Shown: positions 37,294 to 47,385, counted from the stretch's first letter. The stretch: DNA of 64,000 bases from a virus (IMGVR_UViG_3300046355_000236); one strand, 5' to 3'. Notes: generated by a model from the letters alone, not told the origin. Translations and numbers: made by a program.

Positions 37294-37959
37294 ATGGCAA
37301 ACAATAAACTACAGATCAAGCGCACCACTGTTACTGGCCGCGCACCTAACACAACGTCCAGCTCAAACACCACATACATCGATGCTGGTGAACTAGCAAT
37401 TAACCTGACAGATAAGAAGCTGTTTTCATCAGATGGTACCAGCATTATTGAGTTCGGTACAGGAACACCTGTGTATGATGAAAACGGTACACTGATCACG
37501 ACGACGTATGTGACACAGGCCCAAAATGGTCCAGCGTTTTCAGCATATCCGAACTCAAGCATTCAGCAGACTATCTCTTCAGGGTCCCAACAAAAGGTCT
37601 TGTTCCAGTTAGAAGAGTATGACACTAACAACAACTTTGCTAGTTCAAGATTCACACCAACAGTCGCTGGTTACTATCAACTAAATGCTACTGTCCGTAT
37701 GAGCGGTACTATGGGCACCGGTGAAAATATGCTTGTGATTTGGAAAAATGGATCAGAGTATAAGCGCGGATGGAATGCTAGTGGCACAGAAGTGGGTGCT
37801 AGCTTCTTTGCAATGGGCGTCAACACTGTAGCGTATGCTAATGGAGCAGGGGATTACTTTGAAGTATATGTACAGCAAGGTAGTGGAGGAAACAGAGACG
37901 TTACTGTGGCTGGTGGCAATATAACATGGTTTAACGGCGCAATGGTGAGAAGTGCGTAA
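37294..37959 (+). CDS. Short fibre/decoration protein with C-terminal C1q/TNF-like domain
   Basis: LQIKR...GELAIN..DKKLF N-terminus; AFSA...V.F....YD....F..SRFT..VAGYY......GDY.EVY C1q-like pattern. Confidence 0.65.
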   Translation: MANNKLQIKRTTVTGRAPNTTSSSNTTYIDAGELAINLTDKKLFSSDGTSIIEFGTGTPVYDENGTLITTTYVTQAQNGPAFSAYPNSSIQQTISSGSQQKVLFQLEEYDTNNNFASSRFTPTVAGYYQLNATVRMSGTMGTGENMLVIWKNGSEYKRGWNASGTEVGASFFAMGVNTVAYANGAGDYFEVYVQQGSGGNRDVTVAGGNITWFNGAMVRSA

Positions 37960-37972
37960 CGAACTCCTGCTG

Positions 37973-37980
37973 TATAAATA
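37973..37980 (+). promoter_or_regulatory. T4 late promoter TATAAATA upstream of gp13
   Basis: Exact consensus. Confidence 0.8.
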
Positions 37981-37998
37981 ATAACAAAAGGAAACACC

Positions 37999-38742
37999 AT
38001 GGCCGTCCCAACATCAAGAGCAGAGTTTAAAGAATATTGCCTACGCAAGCTAGGCAAGCCCGTCATCGAAATTAACGTGGACGATGATCAAGTAGAAGAC
38101 CGTATCGACGAGGCTTTGCGATACTATTGGGATTACCACTTCGATGGTTCTGATAAGGTGTACTACAAACATCAGATTACATCCACAGATATTACCAATC
38201 GATACATTACACTTCCAGAAAATATCATCGGTGCTGTTCGTGTATTCCCTATCGGTGATCCATCTATCCGTTCTGATGATATGTTTAACATTCGTTATCA
38301 GATCGCTCTGAACGATTTGTACACATTGACTGCATACTCGATGCTACCGTACTTTATGGCAATGCAGCATCTTTCTTTGATCTCGGAAATGTTGGTCGGC
38401 CAACAGCCAATTAGATACAACCGTCATATGAATCGTTTATATGTTGATACAAAGTGGGAAAACTACAATGTAGGTGAGTATCTTCTGGTTGAAGCATATC
38501 AAGTCATCGACCCTAATGTTTACACAGATGCGTGGGCTGACCGTTGGTTGCAGAACTACTCAACTGCCAAGATCAAATACCAATGGGGTACAAACCTGAC
38601 AAAGTTTACAGGTATGCAGCTTCCTGGCGGCGTCCAGTTCAATGGTGAAAAGATTTTGGACGATGCAGAGAAAGAGATTGAAAAGATGGAAGAGGAAATG
38701 ATTAACAGTTATTCTCTACCAGTCGCGGACCTCATAGGGTAA
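37999..38742 (+). CDS. gp13: Neck protein
   Basis: PTSR.EFKEYCLRKLGKPVIEINVDDDQVEDRIDEAL, K.QWG.NL.KF.G.QLPGGV motifs. Confidence 0.93.
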   Translation: MAVPTSRAEFKEYCLRKLGKPVIEINVDDDQVEDRIDEALRYYWDYHFDGSDKVYYKHQITSTDITNRYITLPENIIGAVRVFPIGDPSIRSDDMFNIRYQIALNDLYTLTAYSMLPYFMAMQHLSLISEMLVGQQPIRYNRHMNRLYVDTKWENYNVGEYLLVEAYQVIDPNVYTDAWADRWLQNYSTAKIKYQWGTNLTKFTGMQLPGGVQFNGEKILDDAEKEIEKMEEEMINSYSLPVADLIG

Positions 38743-38744
38743 GT

Positions 38745-39179
38745 ATGGATAGTATTGCTAAAGCACTTGGTATAACTCCTCAACCGCAAGTATTTTTCGA
38801 AGACCTCGAAAAAACATGCAGCACGATGTCGTGTAGCTCTGTGGATGTCTCACCCTTTAATTCAGAGTGGTTTAAACCGATTCGAGTAGAGAATGGTAAG
38901 AACAGTAACCTGGTTAAAGAGTGGAATGGATCCACTCAGCAAAAGGAGTTCTTACAGAGAACTTTAAAAAATAGAAAGATTAATTGGGGTGATCAGATTA
39001 CTAATGCAAAAAGCCACGGTCCATACTCAATCGACTTGGACGGTGTGCTTTTTACTACACTAAGTATTAACAAATTTGCTAAAGAACACGGCTTGAATTT
39101 TTCTTCTTTGAGAAATTCTTTATCCACTAAGCAACCTGTTAGAAGTAAGAATCATACCGTTACAGTGATAAAAGCATAA
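38745..39179 (+). CDS. Hypothetical basic protein inserted between gp13 and gp14; possible homing-endonuclease-type DNA-binding remnant
   Basis: 144 aa; C-terminal S...FAKEHGLN.SSLR helix-turn-helix-like motif; no recognisable catalytic motif. Confidence 0.5.
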   Translation: MDSIAKALGITPQPQVFFEDLEKTCSTMSCSSVDVSPFNSEWFKPIRVENGKNSNLVKEWNGSTQQKEFLQRTLKNRKINWGDQITNAKSHGPYSIDLDGVLFTTLSINKFAKEHGLNFSSLRNSLSTKQPVRSKNHTVTVIKA

Positions 39180-39901
39180 TGGCGACAAACTTCTTTTTTA
39201 ATAACTTTCAAAACAGCCAAGAGCAGCTGTTGATTGAAGATTTGATCATCGAATCTATTAAGATTTATGGTCATGATGTGTATTTCATTCCAAGAAACCC
39301 TGTAAGCATCGATCAGATCTACGGGGAAGATCCTTTGCATGAATATATCCATGCCGTTCCTGTTGAAATGTTTATTAAGAACATCGAGGGATTTGCTGGT
39401 GAAGGAGACTTCCTTTCTAAGTTCAATATTCAGATCAGAGACCAGATTACATTCACGATCGCACGTAGGTCATTCAACAACGAAGTTGGTCAATTGGAAT
39501 TCCTGAACCGTCCTCGTGAAGGGGATCTGATTTTCTTCCCATTGAATTCGAAAATATTCGAGATCAAGTTTGTGGAGCATGAAGCAATCTTCTATCAACT
39601 TGGTGCTTTGCAAACATATGATTTGAAGTGTGAGCTGTTCGAGTACAGTAACGAATATTTTAGTACAGGTATCGAAGCAGTTGATAAGCTGAGCCAAAAC
39701 TATTCACTAGATCAATCAGTACATGGTATTCTAACGGAAAATGGGCTGCTTCTGACGGATGAGGAAGAGTACCACATCCTCCAAGAAGTAAGTGATATCA
39801 ACTTGAATGATGTTACAGCTAACAACGATGAAATCGAAACAGAAGCAGATTCGTTCATTGATTTCACAGAACGCGATCCGTTCAGCGAAGGGACATATTA
39901 A
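39179..39901 (+). CDS. gp14: Neck protein
   Basis: EQ.LIEDLIIESIKIYG.DVYFIPR, RPREGDLIFFP, FEIKFVEHE..FYQLG motifs. Confidence 0.93.
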   Translation: MATNFFFNNFQNSQEQLLIEDLIIESIKIYGHDVYFIPRNPVSIDQIYGEDPLHEYIHAVPVEMFIKNIEGFAGEGDFLSKFNIQIRDQITFTIARRSFNNEVGQLEFLNRPREGDLIFFPLNSKIFEIKFVEHEAIFYQLGALQTYDLKCELFEYSNEYFSTGIEAVDKLSQNYSLDQSVHGILTENGLLLTDEEEYHILQEVSDINLNDVTANNDEIETEADSFIDFTERDPFSEGTY

Positions 39902-40704
39902 TGTTCGGACATACCTTTTACCACGGAACTATCAGACGTTACGTTACCCTTTTTGGTACGTTGTTCAACGACATTTACATTAACCGTCCCGATCTAACGC
40001 ATAATCAGATAAAGACGATTAAGGTGCCGATTGCATATGGTCCAAAAGAAAAGACACTTGCAAGATTGACAGCAGATCCTAACCTCGACAGAATGCCGGC
40101 AATTGTACTACCTCGTATGTCGTTTGAGATTAAAGATATGCAGTATGCACCAACTCGCAAACTGAACACTATCAACAGAAGACGTCATAAAGATACAACA
40201 AATCAAGATGTACTGAAACACCAGTACAACCCAGTTCCTTATGATATTAATTTTACTTTGTCGATCATGGTAAAGAATACCGATGATGGAACACGTATTA
40301 TTGAGCAGATCCTTCCTTTCTTTACACCAGAGTGGACTGCAACAGTTCAGTTGATTCCAGAAATGGATATCAACATGGACATTCCTGTAATTTTGAATAC
40401 CGTTAATGTTTCGGATACATATGAAAGCGATTTTGAAACTCGCCGTGTGTTGACGTGGGAACTGACGTTTACGTTAAAAGGATATTTGTTCGGTCCAGTT
40501 AAAAGTCAAGGTGTTATTAAGTTTGCCGATACAAACATCTTCAATTCACTCACTGCTAATACGCCTCTAGTGAATATTACAACAGAACCTGGACTAACAT
40601 CCGAAGGCTTACCGACATCCAATGCTGAGCTTAGTATCGATAACTCGTTGATATTCGCAGATGATGATTATGGCTACATTATAACAACAACAGAAAATGA
40701 ATGA
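39901..40704 (+). CDS. gp15: Tail sheath stabiliser / completion protein
   Basis: MFG..FYH.TIRRYV.LFGTLFNDI, KVPIAYGPK.K, PRMSFE, EQILPFF.PE motifs. Confidence 0.93.
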   Translation: MFGHTFYHGTIRRYVTLFGTLFNDIYINRPDLTHNQIKTIKVPIAYGPKEKTLARLTADPNLDRMPAIVLPRMSFEIKDMQYAPTRKLNTINRRRHKDTTNQDVLKHQYNPVPYDINFTLSIMVKNTDDGTRIIEQILPFFTPEWTATVQLIPEMDINMDIPVILNTVNVSDTYESDFETRRVLTWELTFTLKGYLFGPVKSQGVIKFADTNIFNSLTANTPLVNITTEPGLTSEGLPTSNAELSIDNSLIFADDDYGYIITTTENE

Positions 40705-41092
40705 TCCAATTGCAACAACTCTCGGCCTAACTCCTCTTGAAGAGGTAAGACAGCACGAACTACTACCTGCAAAGTCTAGCGATAACCAAATCGTGGATGA
40801 CTTTGAGTATGCCCGTGGCAACTTAATTTCTGCTATTGAAAAGGGCCAGGAAGCATTGTCAGGTATCCTGGATGTCGCTGCCCAATCCCAACATCCACGT
40901 TCGTATGAAGTTGTCGCTACGTTGTTAAAAGCTGTGTCCGATGCGAACAAGGATCTGTTAGAGCTGCAAAAGCGCAGAGGTGATTTAACTGGTGAAAAAG
41001 CTTCACCAACAACAGTTAACAATAATCTCTTTGTCGGTAGCACTGCAGAGTTGCAGCAATTGATAAAGAAACAAAATGAGCAAAATAAATGA
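40697..41092 (+). CDS. gp16: Terminase small subunit
   Basis: DDFEYAR.NL, A.QSQHPRSYEV, NNNLFVGSTAELQ motifs. Confidence 0.92.
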   Translation: MNDPIATTLGLTPLEEVRQHELLPAKSSDNQIVDDFEYARGNLISAIEKGQEALSGILDVAAQSQHPRSYEVVATLLKAVSDANKDLLELQKRRGDLTGEKASPTTVNNNLFVGSTAELQQLIKKQNEQNK

Positions 41093-42755
41093 AGCGTACC
41101 TTGGCAATCAGAACTTAAAACGTTCGAATGTCAAGCACGAGTGGACATCACAGCAAGTATCTGAATGGATGAAGTGTGCACAGGATCCTGTGTACTTTAT
41201 TGAAACATACATTAAGATTGTAAACATTGACCAGGGTTTGGTCAACTTTTCGTTGTATGATTACCAGCAAGACATTGTCGAGCTTGCTGTTCTCGAGCGC
41301 TTCGTTATTTGTAAAATGCCACGTCAGTGTGGAAAGACCACAACGATTGCTGGTGTGTTGCTATGGTACATTCTTTTTCATGAGCGATACAACATCGCTA
41401 TCTTGGCTAACAAATTAGCCCAGGCTCGAGAAATTCTTTCACGTATTCAACTTGCATACGAACACTTACCTAAATGGTTGCAACAAGGTATTGTTGAATG
41501 GAACAAAGGTAATATCGAGCTAGAAAACGGCTCCAAGATTCTTGCTTCTGCAACATCATCCAGCGCTATTCGTGGTGGATCGTTCAACCTTGTATATCTT
41601 GATGAATTTGCATTCGTTGAAAACAACATGCAAGAAGACTTCTTTGCTTCTGTTTACCCAACAATTTCATCGGGTAAGACATCGAAGGTACTGATTACAT
41701 CTACTCCTAACGGTCTGAATATGTTCTACAAGATCTGGACAGACAGCGAAGAGAAAAAGAACAGTTACAAACGTATCGACGTTCATTGGAGCCAGGTGCC
41801 TGGCCGTGACCAGAAGTGGAAAGAAGAAACGATTCGCAACACAAGCGAAGAACAGTTCCGTGTTGAGTTTGAATGTGAATTCATTGGTTCATCTAACACT
41901 TTGATTAGTCCGTCAAAACTAAGACTGTTGAGATCGATAGATCCACAGCTAAAGAATGACGACACACGAATATACGAACAGCCAGAGCCAGGAAGGCAGT
42001 ACTTCATGACGGTGGATACATCACGAGGGGTGCAGGGTGATTACTCCGCATTCGTGGTGTATGACGTGTCAGAACTACCATACAAAGTCGTAGCTACATA
42101 TAAGAACAATGCAATATCGCCATTGATCTACCCAAACATTGTTTTCCAACTAGCAAGACACTACAACAGTGCATATGTGCTAGTTGAAACTAACGACATC
42201 GGTGAACAGATTGCAAACATCTTGCAATACGATCTCGAATACGATCACCTTCTTACAACTATTAATAACGGAAGAAGTGGTCAGGTAATTTCACCAGGCT
42301 TTGCTCAAGCACCTCGTCTAGGCGTCAAAACAACCAAGCAAGTTAAACGTATTGGTTGTGCAAGTCTTAAAACGCAGGTTGAGAGCGACAAGCTACTAAT
42401 TAATGATGATCGTATTTTATACGAACTATTCCGTTTTGTTAACATTGGTGATAGTTACGAAGCAGAAGAAGGTCACGATGACCTCGTAATGTGTTGTGTT
42501 TTGTTTGCTTGGGCAATGAACCAAGAGTATGTTCGTGAATTAACTAGCGTTGACCTACGTAAGCGCTTGGAAATGGAACATGCACAAGAACTCGAACAAG
42601 ATATGATGCCATTCGGAATTATTGACCGGGGCGAAGCGTTTGCTGTTATTCCAATTGCGGCAAAAAAAGGAAGTGATGCGTGGTTATTTGCAGGTGATGA
42701 CGACTATGACATGGCGCAGATGGAGAGGCACGAGAGCTCTTCATACTACCATTAG
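41076..42755 (+). CDS. gp17: Terminase large subunit
   Basis: YLGNQNLKR, RQCGKTTT (Walker A), LDEFAF, STPNG.N.FY, DTSRG, HDD.VM motifs. Confidence 0.97.
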   Translation: MSKINEAYLGNQNLKRSNVKHEWTSQQVSEWMKCAQDPVYFIETYIKIVNIDQGLVNFSLYDYQQDIVELAVLERFVICKMPRQCGKTTTIAGVLLWYILFHERYNIAILANKLAQAREILSRIQLAYEHLPKWLQQGIVEWNKGNIELENGSKILASATSSSAIRGGSFNLVYLDEFAFVENNMQEDFFASVYPTISSGKTSKVLITSTPNGLNMFYKIWTDSEEKKNSYKRIDVHWSQVPGRDQKWKEETIRNTSEEQFRVEFECEFIGSSNTLISPSKLRLLRSIDPQLKNDDTRIYEQPEPGRQYFMTVDTSRGVQGDYSAFVVYDVSELPYKVVATYKNNAISPLIYPNIVFQLARHYNSAYVLVETNDIGEQIANILQYDLEYDHLLTTINNGRSGQVISPGFAQAPRLGVKTTKQVKRIGCASLKTQVESDKLLINDDRILYELFRFVNIGDSYEAEEGHDDLVMCCVLFAWAMNQEYVRELTSVDLRKRLEMEHAQELEQDMMPFGIIDRGEAFAVIPIAAKKGSDAWLFAGDDDYDMAQMERHESSSYYH

Positions 42756-42767
42756 AAACCCCGGAAA

Positions 42768-42775
42768 TATAAATA
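42768..42775 (+). promoter_or_regulatory. T4 late promoter TATAAATA upstream of gp18
   Basis: Exact consensus. Confidence 0.85.
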
Positions 42776-42828
42776 CAAGGAACAAAACTTCGTTCCTATA
42801 AAAAATAAACCTCAGAGGGGAGATAAAC

Positions 42829-44907
42829 ATGCCATTTCAAGTTAGTCCTGGCGTAAATGTATCTGAAATTGACTTAACTACAGTTGTCCCCGCAGTGTCT
42901 ACAACCGAAGGTGCCCTAGCTGGTGTGTTCCGTTGGGGTCCTGTGGAAAAGCGTACACTTGTCGATTCAGAAGCGGTTTTGGCCGCACGCTTTGGTAAGC
43001 CAACCAATTTTAACGCAGAAACATTCTTTACTGCAGCAAACTTCCTGTCATACGGGAACAAGTTGTATATCGCACGTGCTGCAAACACCACATCTGCTGA
43101 TGCAAACGTTGTGGTGCGTAACGCTGTTGCTAACGTAGCAGCTATTTCCGATCTAAACGACTTCATTGTTAAGAACAGCGACGACTATCAAGTCAAGTTG
43201 GATAACGGTGATTTTGCACAAGACCTGGACGCAATGTATATTGCAAAATACCCAGGTGACCTTGGTAACTCGTTGAAGATTTCTGTCTGTGATTCAGCAG
43301 CAGGATACTCTTCATTGGCTAACCTGGATAATGGTGGTGGTAACCTAAGCACAACGCTTGGTAACGTTAGCATCTCTGTCGGCTCTAGCAACGTCGTTGT
43401 TAACATTGCTGTCGGTAACGGTGTTATCGCTAACGCAACTACATATGCAACTGCTGTTGCTGCTGGTCTGACGGTTGGTGATTACATCGAAGTTGGTAAC
43501 ACAACCATCGGTAAGCAATACATGAAGGTATCTTCTGTATCTGCTGTTACAAACACATCTACTGTTGCAACATTCACAATCGTTACATCTGATGTATACG
43601 GTCTTGCACAAGACTACACAACAACTGCTGGCTTCACGCGTAAGTGGGAATACTTCAACAATGTTGATAAAGCTCCAGGCACTTCTGCATACCAAACCAG
43701 CTTTGGTAACGCATCTGCTGTTGATGAGTTGCACGTTGTTGTAGCAGATCAAGACGGTGCTTTCACTGGTACACCAGGCACAATTTTGGAAATCTACCAA
43801 GGTTTGTCTCGCGCAACCAATGCTAAGACACAAGATGGTGCTACTAATTACTACCGTGATGTTGTTAACCAATCATCCAATTACATTTGGCACGCTAACC
43901 CACGCAGCGGTGCAACAAGCACAACTGCAGCTAGCCTGACAAGTGCATCAACAACCGCTCCATTGACGCTATCTTTCCAAGGTGGTACAGATGGTGCTGA
44001 TGAAAACAACGCTGCTTTGGGTAACATCCTTGGTGCATACGACCTGTTCGCATCTGCAGAAGATGTTGATGTGTCGTTGGTTCTAACCGGTGTATCACGT
44101 GGTGGTACAAATGGTGAACAGATTGCAAACTACCTAATCGATAACGTTGCTGAAAAGCGTAAAGATTGCGTCGTATTTGTTTCACCACAAAAAGCTGACG
44201 TTGTTAACAATGCTGGTGATGAGGCTAATGATGTTGTTACTTTCCGTAACAGCCTACGTAGCACTTCTTACGCAGTAATGGATTCTGGTTACAAGTACCA
44301 GTATGACAAGTACAACGACCTGTACCGTTGGGTTCCTCTGAACGGCGACACAGCTGGTCTGTGCGTACGTACTGATGACCAACGTGATTCATGGTGGTCT
44401 CCAGCTGGTTTCAACCGCGGTCAAATTAAGAACATCGTCAAGCTGGCGTTTAACCCACGTCAAGCTGACCGTGATGTTCTGTACAAGGCAGGCGTTAACC
44501 CAGTTGTTACGTTCCCAGGTCAAGGTACTGTTCTTTACGGTGACAAGACTCTGTTGGCAAAGCCAAGCGCTTTTGATCGTATCAACGTACGTCGTTTGTT
44601 CATTACCTTGGAAAAGGCAATTGCAACAGCTACTAAGTTTACACTGTTTGAATTCAACGACGACTTCACACGTGCTCAGTTCCGCAACTTGGTTGAACCG
44701 TTCCTGCGTGATGTTCAAGGTCGCCGCGGCATCTATGACTTCAAGGTTGTTTGCGATACAACAAACAACACAGGCGAAGTTATCGATGGTAACAGATTCG
44801 TTGGTGACATCTATATTAAACCAGCTAAGAGCATCAACTTCATTCAATTGAACTTTGTTGCTGTTAGAACGGGTGTTGAGTTCTCCGAAGTTGTCGGTCA
44901 GTTTTAA
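42829..44907 (+). CDS. gp18: Tail sheath protein
   Basis: FQVSPGVNVSEIDLT, WWSPAGFNRG, SAFDRINVRRLF, IKPAKSINFI.LNFVA motifs. Confidence 0.97.
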   Translation: MPFQVSPGVNVSEIDLTTVVPAVSTTEGALAGVFRWGPVEKRTLVDSEAVLAARFGKPTNFNAETFFTAANFLSYGNKLYIARAANTTSADANVVVRNAVANVAAISDLNDFIVKNSDDYQVKLDNGDFAQDLDAMYIAKYPGDLGNSLKISVCDSAAGYSSLANLDNGGGNLSTTLGNVSISVGSSNVVVNIAVGNGVIANATTYATAVAAGLTVGDYIEVGNTTIGKQYMKVSSVSAVTNTSTVATFTIVTSDVYGLAQDYTTTAGFTRKWEYFNNVDKAPGTSAYQTSFGNASAVDELHVVVADQDGAFTGTPGTILEIYQGLSRATNAKTQDGATNYYRDVVNQSSNYIWHANPRSGATSTTAASLTSASTTAPLTLSFQGGTDGADENNAALGNILGAYDLFASAEDVDVSLVLTGVSRGGTNGEQIANYLIDNVAEKRKDCVVFVSPQKADVVNNAGDEANDVVTFRNSLRSTSYAVMDSGYKYQYDKYNDLYRWVPLNGDTAGLCVRTDDQRDSWWSPAGFNRGQIKNIVKLAFNPRQADRDVLYKAGVNPVVTFPGQGTVLYGDKTLLAKPSAFDRINVRRLFITLEKAIATATKFTLFEFNDDFTRAQFRNLVEPFLRDVQGRRGIYDFKVVCDTTNNTGEVIDGNRFVGDIYIKPAKSINFIQLNFVAVRTGVEFSEVVGQF

Positions 44908-44935
44908 TAATAAATAAAAGACAAGGAGAACAAAC

Positions 44936-45487
44936 ATGGCGTTTAATGTAAACGAGATTAGAAGTCAATTAGCGCTGGGGGGAGCACGCGGCTCCCTTTT
45001 CCAGGTTACTTTTTCTAACCCTGCAAACAGCATTGCTGATATTAAAGTACCTTTCATGGTACGTTCAGCACAGATCCCAGAATCATCTCTTGGCCTGATT
45101 GAAGTTCCATACTTCGGTCGTAAGGTTAAGTTGGCTGGTGATCGTACTTTCGGCGATTGGACAGTCACAGTTATTAACGACGAAGACTTCCTGATCCGCA
45201 ATGCAATGGAAGAATGGTCTAGCAAGATCAATTCGAACCAAACAAACCTACGTGCGTTTGGCTCAGCTTCACCTCTACTATATAAGTCAACGGCAGAAGT
45301 AACTCAGTTCTCAAAGACTGGTGTGCCAATCCGCTCTTATAAATTTAATGGCATTTTCCCGACAAACATCTCATCGATTGATTTGAACTGGGGTGATACG
45401 GATTCTATTGAAGAATTCCAAGTCACCTTCCAATACGATTGGTGGGAGGTAAGTGGTGGCGTCACCGGCAACGGCGGCGGAGCTTAA
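44936..45487 (+). CDS. gp19: Tail tube protein
   Basis: GGAR..LFQV, IEVPYFGR.VKLAGDRTF.DWTVTVINDEDF, IEEF.VTF.YDWW motifs. Confidence 0.96.
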   Translation: MAFNVNEIRSQLALGGARGSLFQVTFSNPANSIADIKVPFMVRSAQIPESSLGLIEVPYFGRKVKLAGDRTFGDWTVTVINDEDFLIRNAMEEWSSKINSNQTNLRAFGSASPLLYKSTAEVTQFSKTGVPIRSYKFNGIFPTNISSIDLNWGDTDSIEEFQVTFQYDWWEVSGGVTGNGGGA

Positions 45488-45494
45488 TAAGAAC

Positions 45495-45520
45495 GAGCGA
45501 CAATAGTCGCTCTTCTCTTT
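45495..45520 (+). terminator. Rho-independent terminator after gp19
   Basis: GAGCGAC-AATA-GTCGCTC stem-loop followed by TTCTCTTT. Confidence 0.7.
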
Positions 45521-45550
45521 ACTGAGTACGGGAATTAAAAGGACTACACA

Positions 45551-47122
45551 ATGAATCTATTTGGCTTCGAAATCCTCCGCAAGGTGGATCGCCAGACCGA
45601 AGAAAAAAATCAACCCACATTTGCGCCCGAGGTCACTGACGACGGTGCTCTTATGGTTGCAGCTGGTGGTGTATACGGAACATACATTGACCTACAAGGC
45701 GCTGCTCGCACAGAGGCAGAGCTAGTCACTAAGTACCGTGAAATGGCAGGCCACCCAGAGGTGGAAAATGCTGTTGATGATATTGTCAATGAGGCTATTG
45801 TCGTTGAAGACAATAAGAAGATCGTTGATATCAACTTAGACAACACAAAATTTTCATCGAATATCAAGAAACTGATTCAGGATGAGTATGATCGTGTCCT
45901 GACTTTGCTCGAGTTTGATAAAATGGCTTTCGAGCTGTTTAGACGTTGGTACATCGACGGTCGTTTGTACTACCACGCAGTTATCGATGTCACAAAGCCC
46001 GAAGAAGGTATTAAAGAGTTGCGCTATATCGATCCACGTAAACTACGTAAAGTGCGTGAGATCTCAAAGAAGCGTGACAACAAGAATCAAGCACTGGCTA
46101 CGAAGACAGTGCAGGAATACTTCCTTTACAATGATAAAGGGTTCCAAAATAAAGCAGGTGAAGTTGGTACCAACTCTGCTGCTGCAGGTCTAAAGATTGC
46201 TGCTGATAGTATCGTTCATGTTACATCCGGTATCTTGGATCCGAACAATACAATTGTTCTTTCACACCTCCACAAAGCAATCAAGCCTCTCAACCAATTG
46301 AGAGCTCTTGAAGATGCTACAATCATTTACCGCATTTCCCGCGCGCCAGAACGCCGTATCTTCTACATCGACGTAGGTAACCTACCAAAGATGAAGGCCG
46401 AGCAGTATATGCGTGATATGATGCAACGACACAAGAATAAAGTTGTGTACGATGCATCGACTGGTGAGATCCGTGACGATCGCAAGTTTATGACAATGCT
46501 TGAAGATTACTGGTTGCCACGTCGTGAAGGTGGCCGTGGCACGGAAATTGACACATTACCAGCAGGTCAGAACCTTGGCGAGCTGTCAGATGTTGAGTAC
46601 TTCCAAAAGAATATGTACAAATCTTTGAACGTCCCTTCTTCACGTCTGGACTCAGAGAGCACATTTAACTTTGGTGATGATCAATCTCTTTCACGTGATG
46701 AAGTTAAGTTCAGCAAATTCGTTGATCGCTTGAAGATGCGTTTTAACCAATTGTTCCTTGACACAGTCAAGAAGCAGGTTGTGTTGAAAAAGGTTATGTC
46801 GGTTGAAGAGTGGGAAGAACAGCAAACAGCTATTACTTTTGACTACGCAAAAGACAACTACTTCTCACAGCAAAAAGAAATTGCAATCCTTAAAGAGCGT
46901 ATGTCTATTATGCCAATGGTAGATCCATACGTTGGTCGCTATTACTCACACGAGTGGGTTCGTAAGAACATTCTACAGCAGACTGACAAAGAGATCAAAG
47001 AGATTGACAAGCAGACACAAGAAGAGATGAAGGATCCACTATATCAGATGAATATGGGCCCTGATGAAAATTCTAACGAGCCGCCTGCTCCTGTTGTACC
47101 AACAACAAAAGCGCCGGTTTGA
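45551..47122 (+). CDS. gp20: Portal protein
   Basis: WYIDGRLYYH, LRYIDPRK, IYRISRAPERRIFYIDVGNLPK.KAEQY, EDYWLPRREGGRGTEI motifs. Confidence 0.97.
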   Translation: MNLFGFEILRKVDRQTEEKNQPTFAPEVTDDGALMVAAGGVYGTYIDLQGAARTEAELVTKYREMAGHPEVENAVDDIVNEAIVVEDNKKIVDINLDNTKFSSNIKKLIQDEYDRVLTLLEFDKMAFELFRRWYIDGRLYYHAVIDVTKPEEGIKELRYIDPRKLRKVREISKKRDNKNQALATKTVQEYFLYNDKGFQNKAGEVGTNSAAAGLKIAADSIVHVTSGILDPNNTIVLSHLHKAIKPLNQLRALEDATIIYRISRAPERRIFYIDVGNLPKMKAEQYMRDMMQRHKNKVVYDASTGEIRDDRKFMTMLEDYWLPRREGGRGTEIDTLPAGQNLGELSDVEYFQKNMYKSLNVPSSRLDSESTFNFGDDQSLSRDEVKFSKFVDRLKMRFNQLFLDTVKKQVVLKKVMSVEEWEEQQTAITFDYAKDNYFSQQKEIAILKERMSIMPMVDPYVGRYYSHEWVRKNILQQTDKEIKEIDKQTQEEMKDPLYQMNMGPDENSNEPPAPVVPTTKAPV

Positions 47123-47148
47123 AAAAAACTAAATAATTGGAGAAAAAC

Positions 47149-47385
47149 ATGAGTGAAAACACATTTACCATCGCAGATATGATCAGAGCAGCTCGAGACG
47201 AAAGTCCGAGTGAATTCCAAGCAGCTTTCAATCAGCTAGTTGTGGACAGAGTTGCAGACGTTGTTGATGCAGAGCGCATCACCGTAGCACAAACATATTT
47301 CGGTGATGTGGCACAGGATGATACTCAACCACAAAACGCAGACATAGAGGACGCAACCGATGAAAACGCTGAAACAAGTAATTGA
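47149..47385 (+). CDS. Small acidic prohead core protein (positional gp67 analogue)
   Basis: Position after the portal; acidic composition. Confidence 0.55.
   Translation: MSENTFTIADMIRAARDESPSEFQAAFNQLVVDRVADVVDAERITVAQTYFGDVAQDDTQPQNADIEDATDENAETSN

Noticed and set aside
42778-42798. Short AGGAAC...GTTCCT hairpin between the late promoter and gp18
   Set aside because: Only a 6-bp stem with an 8-nt loop and no U-tract; not enough to assign a function.
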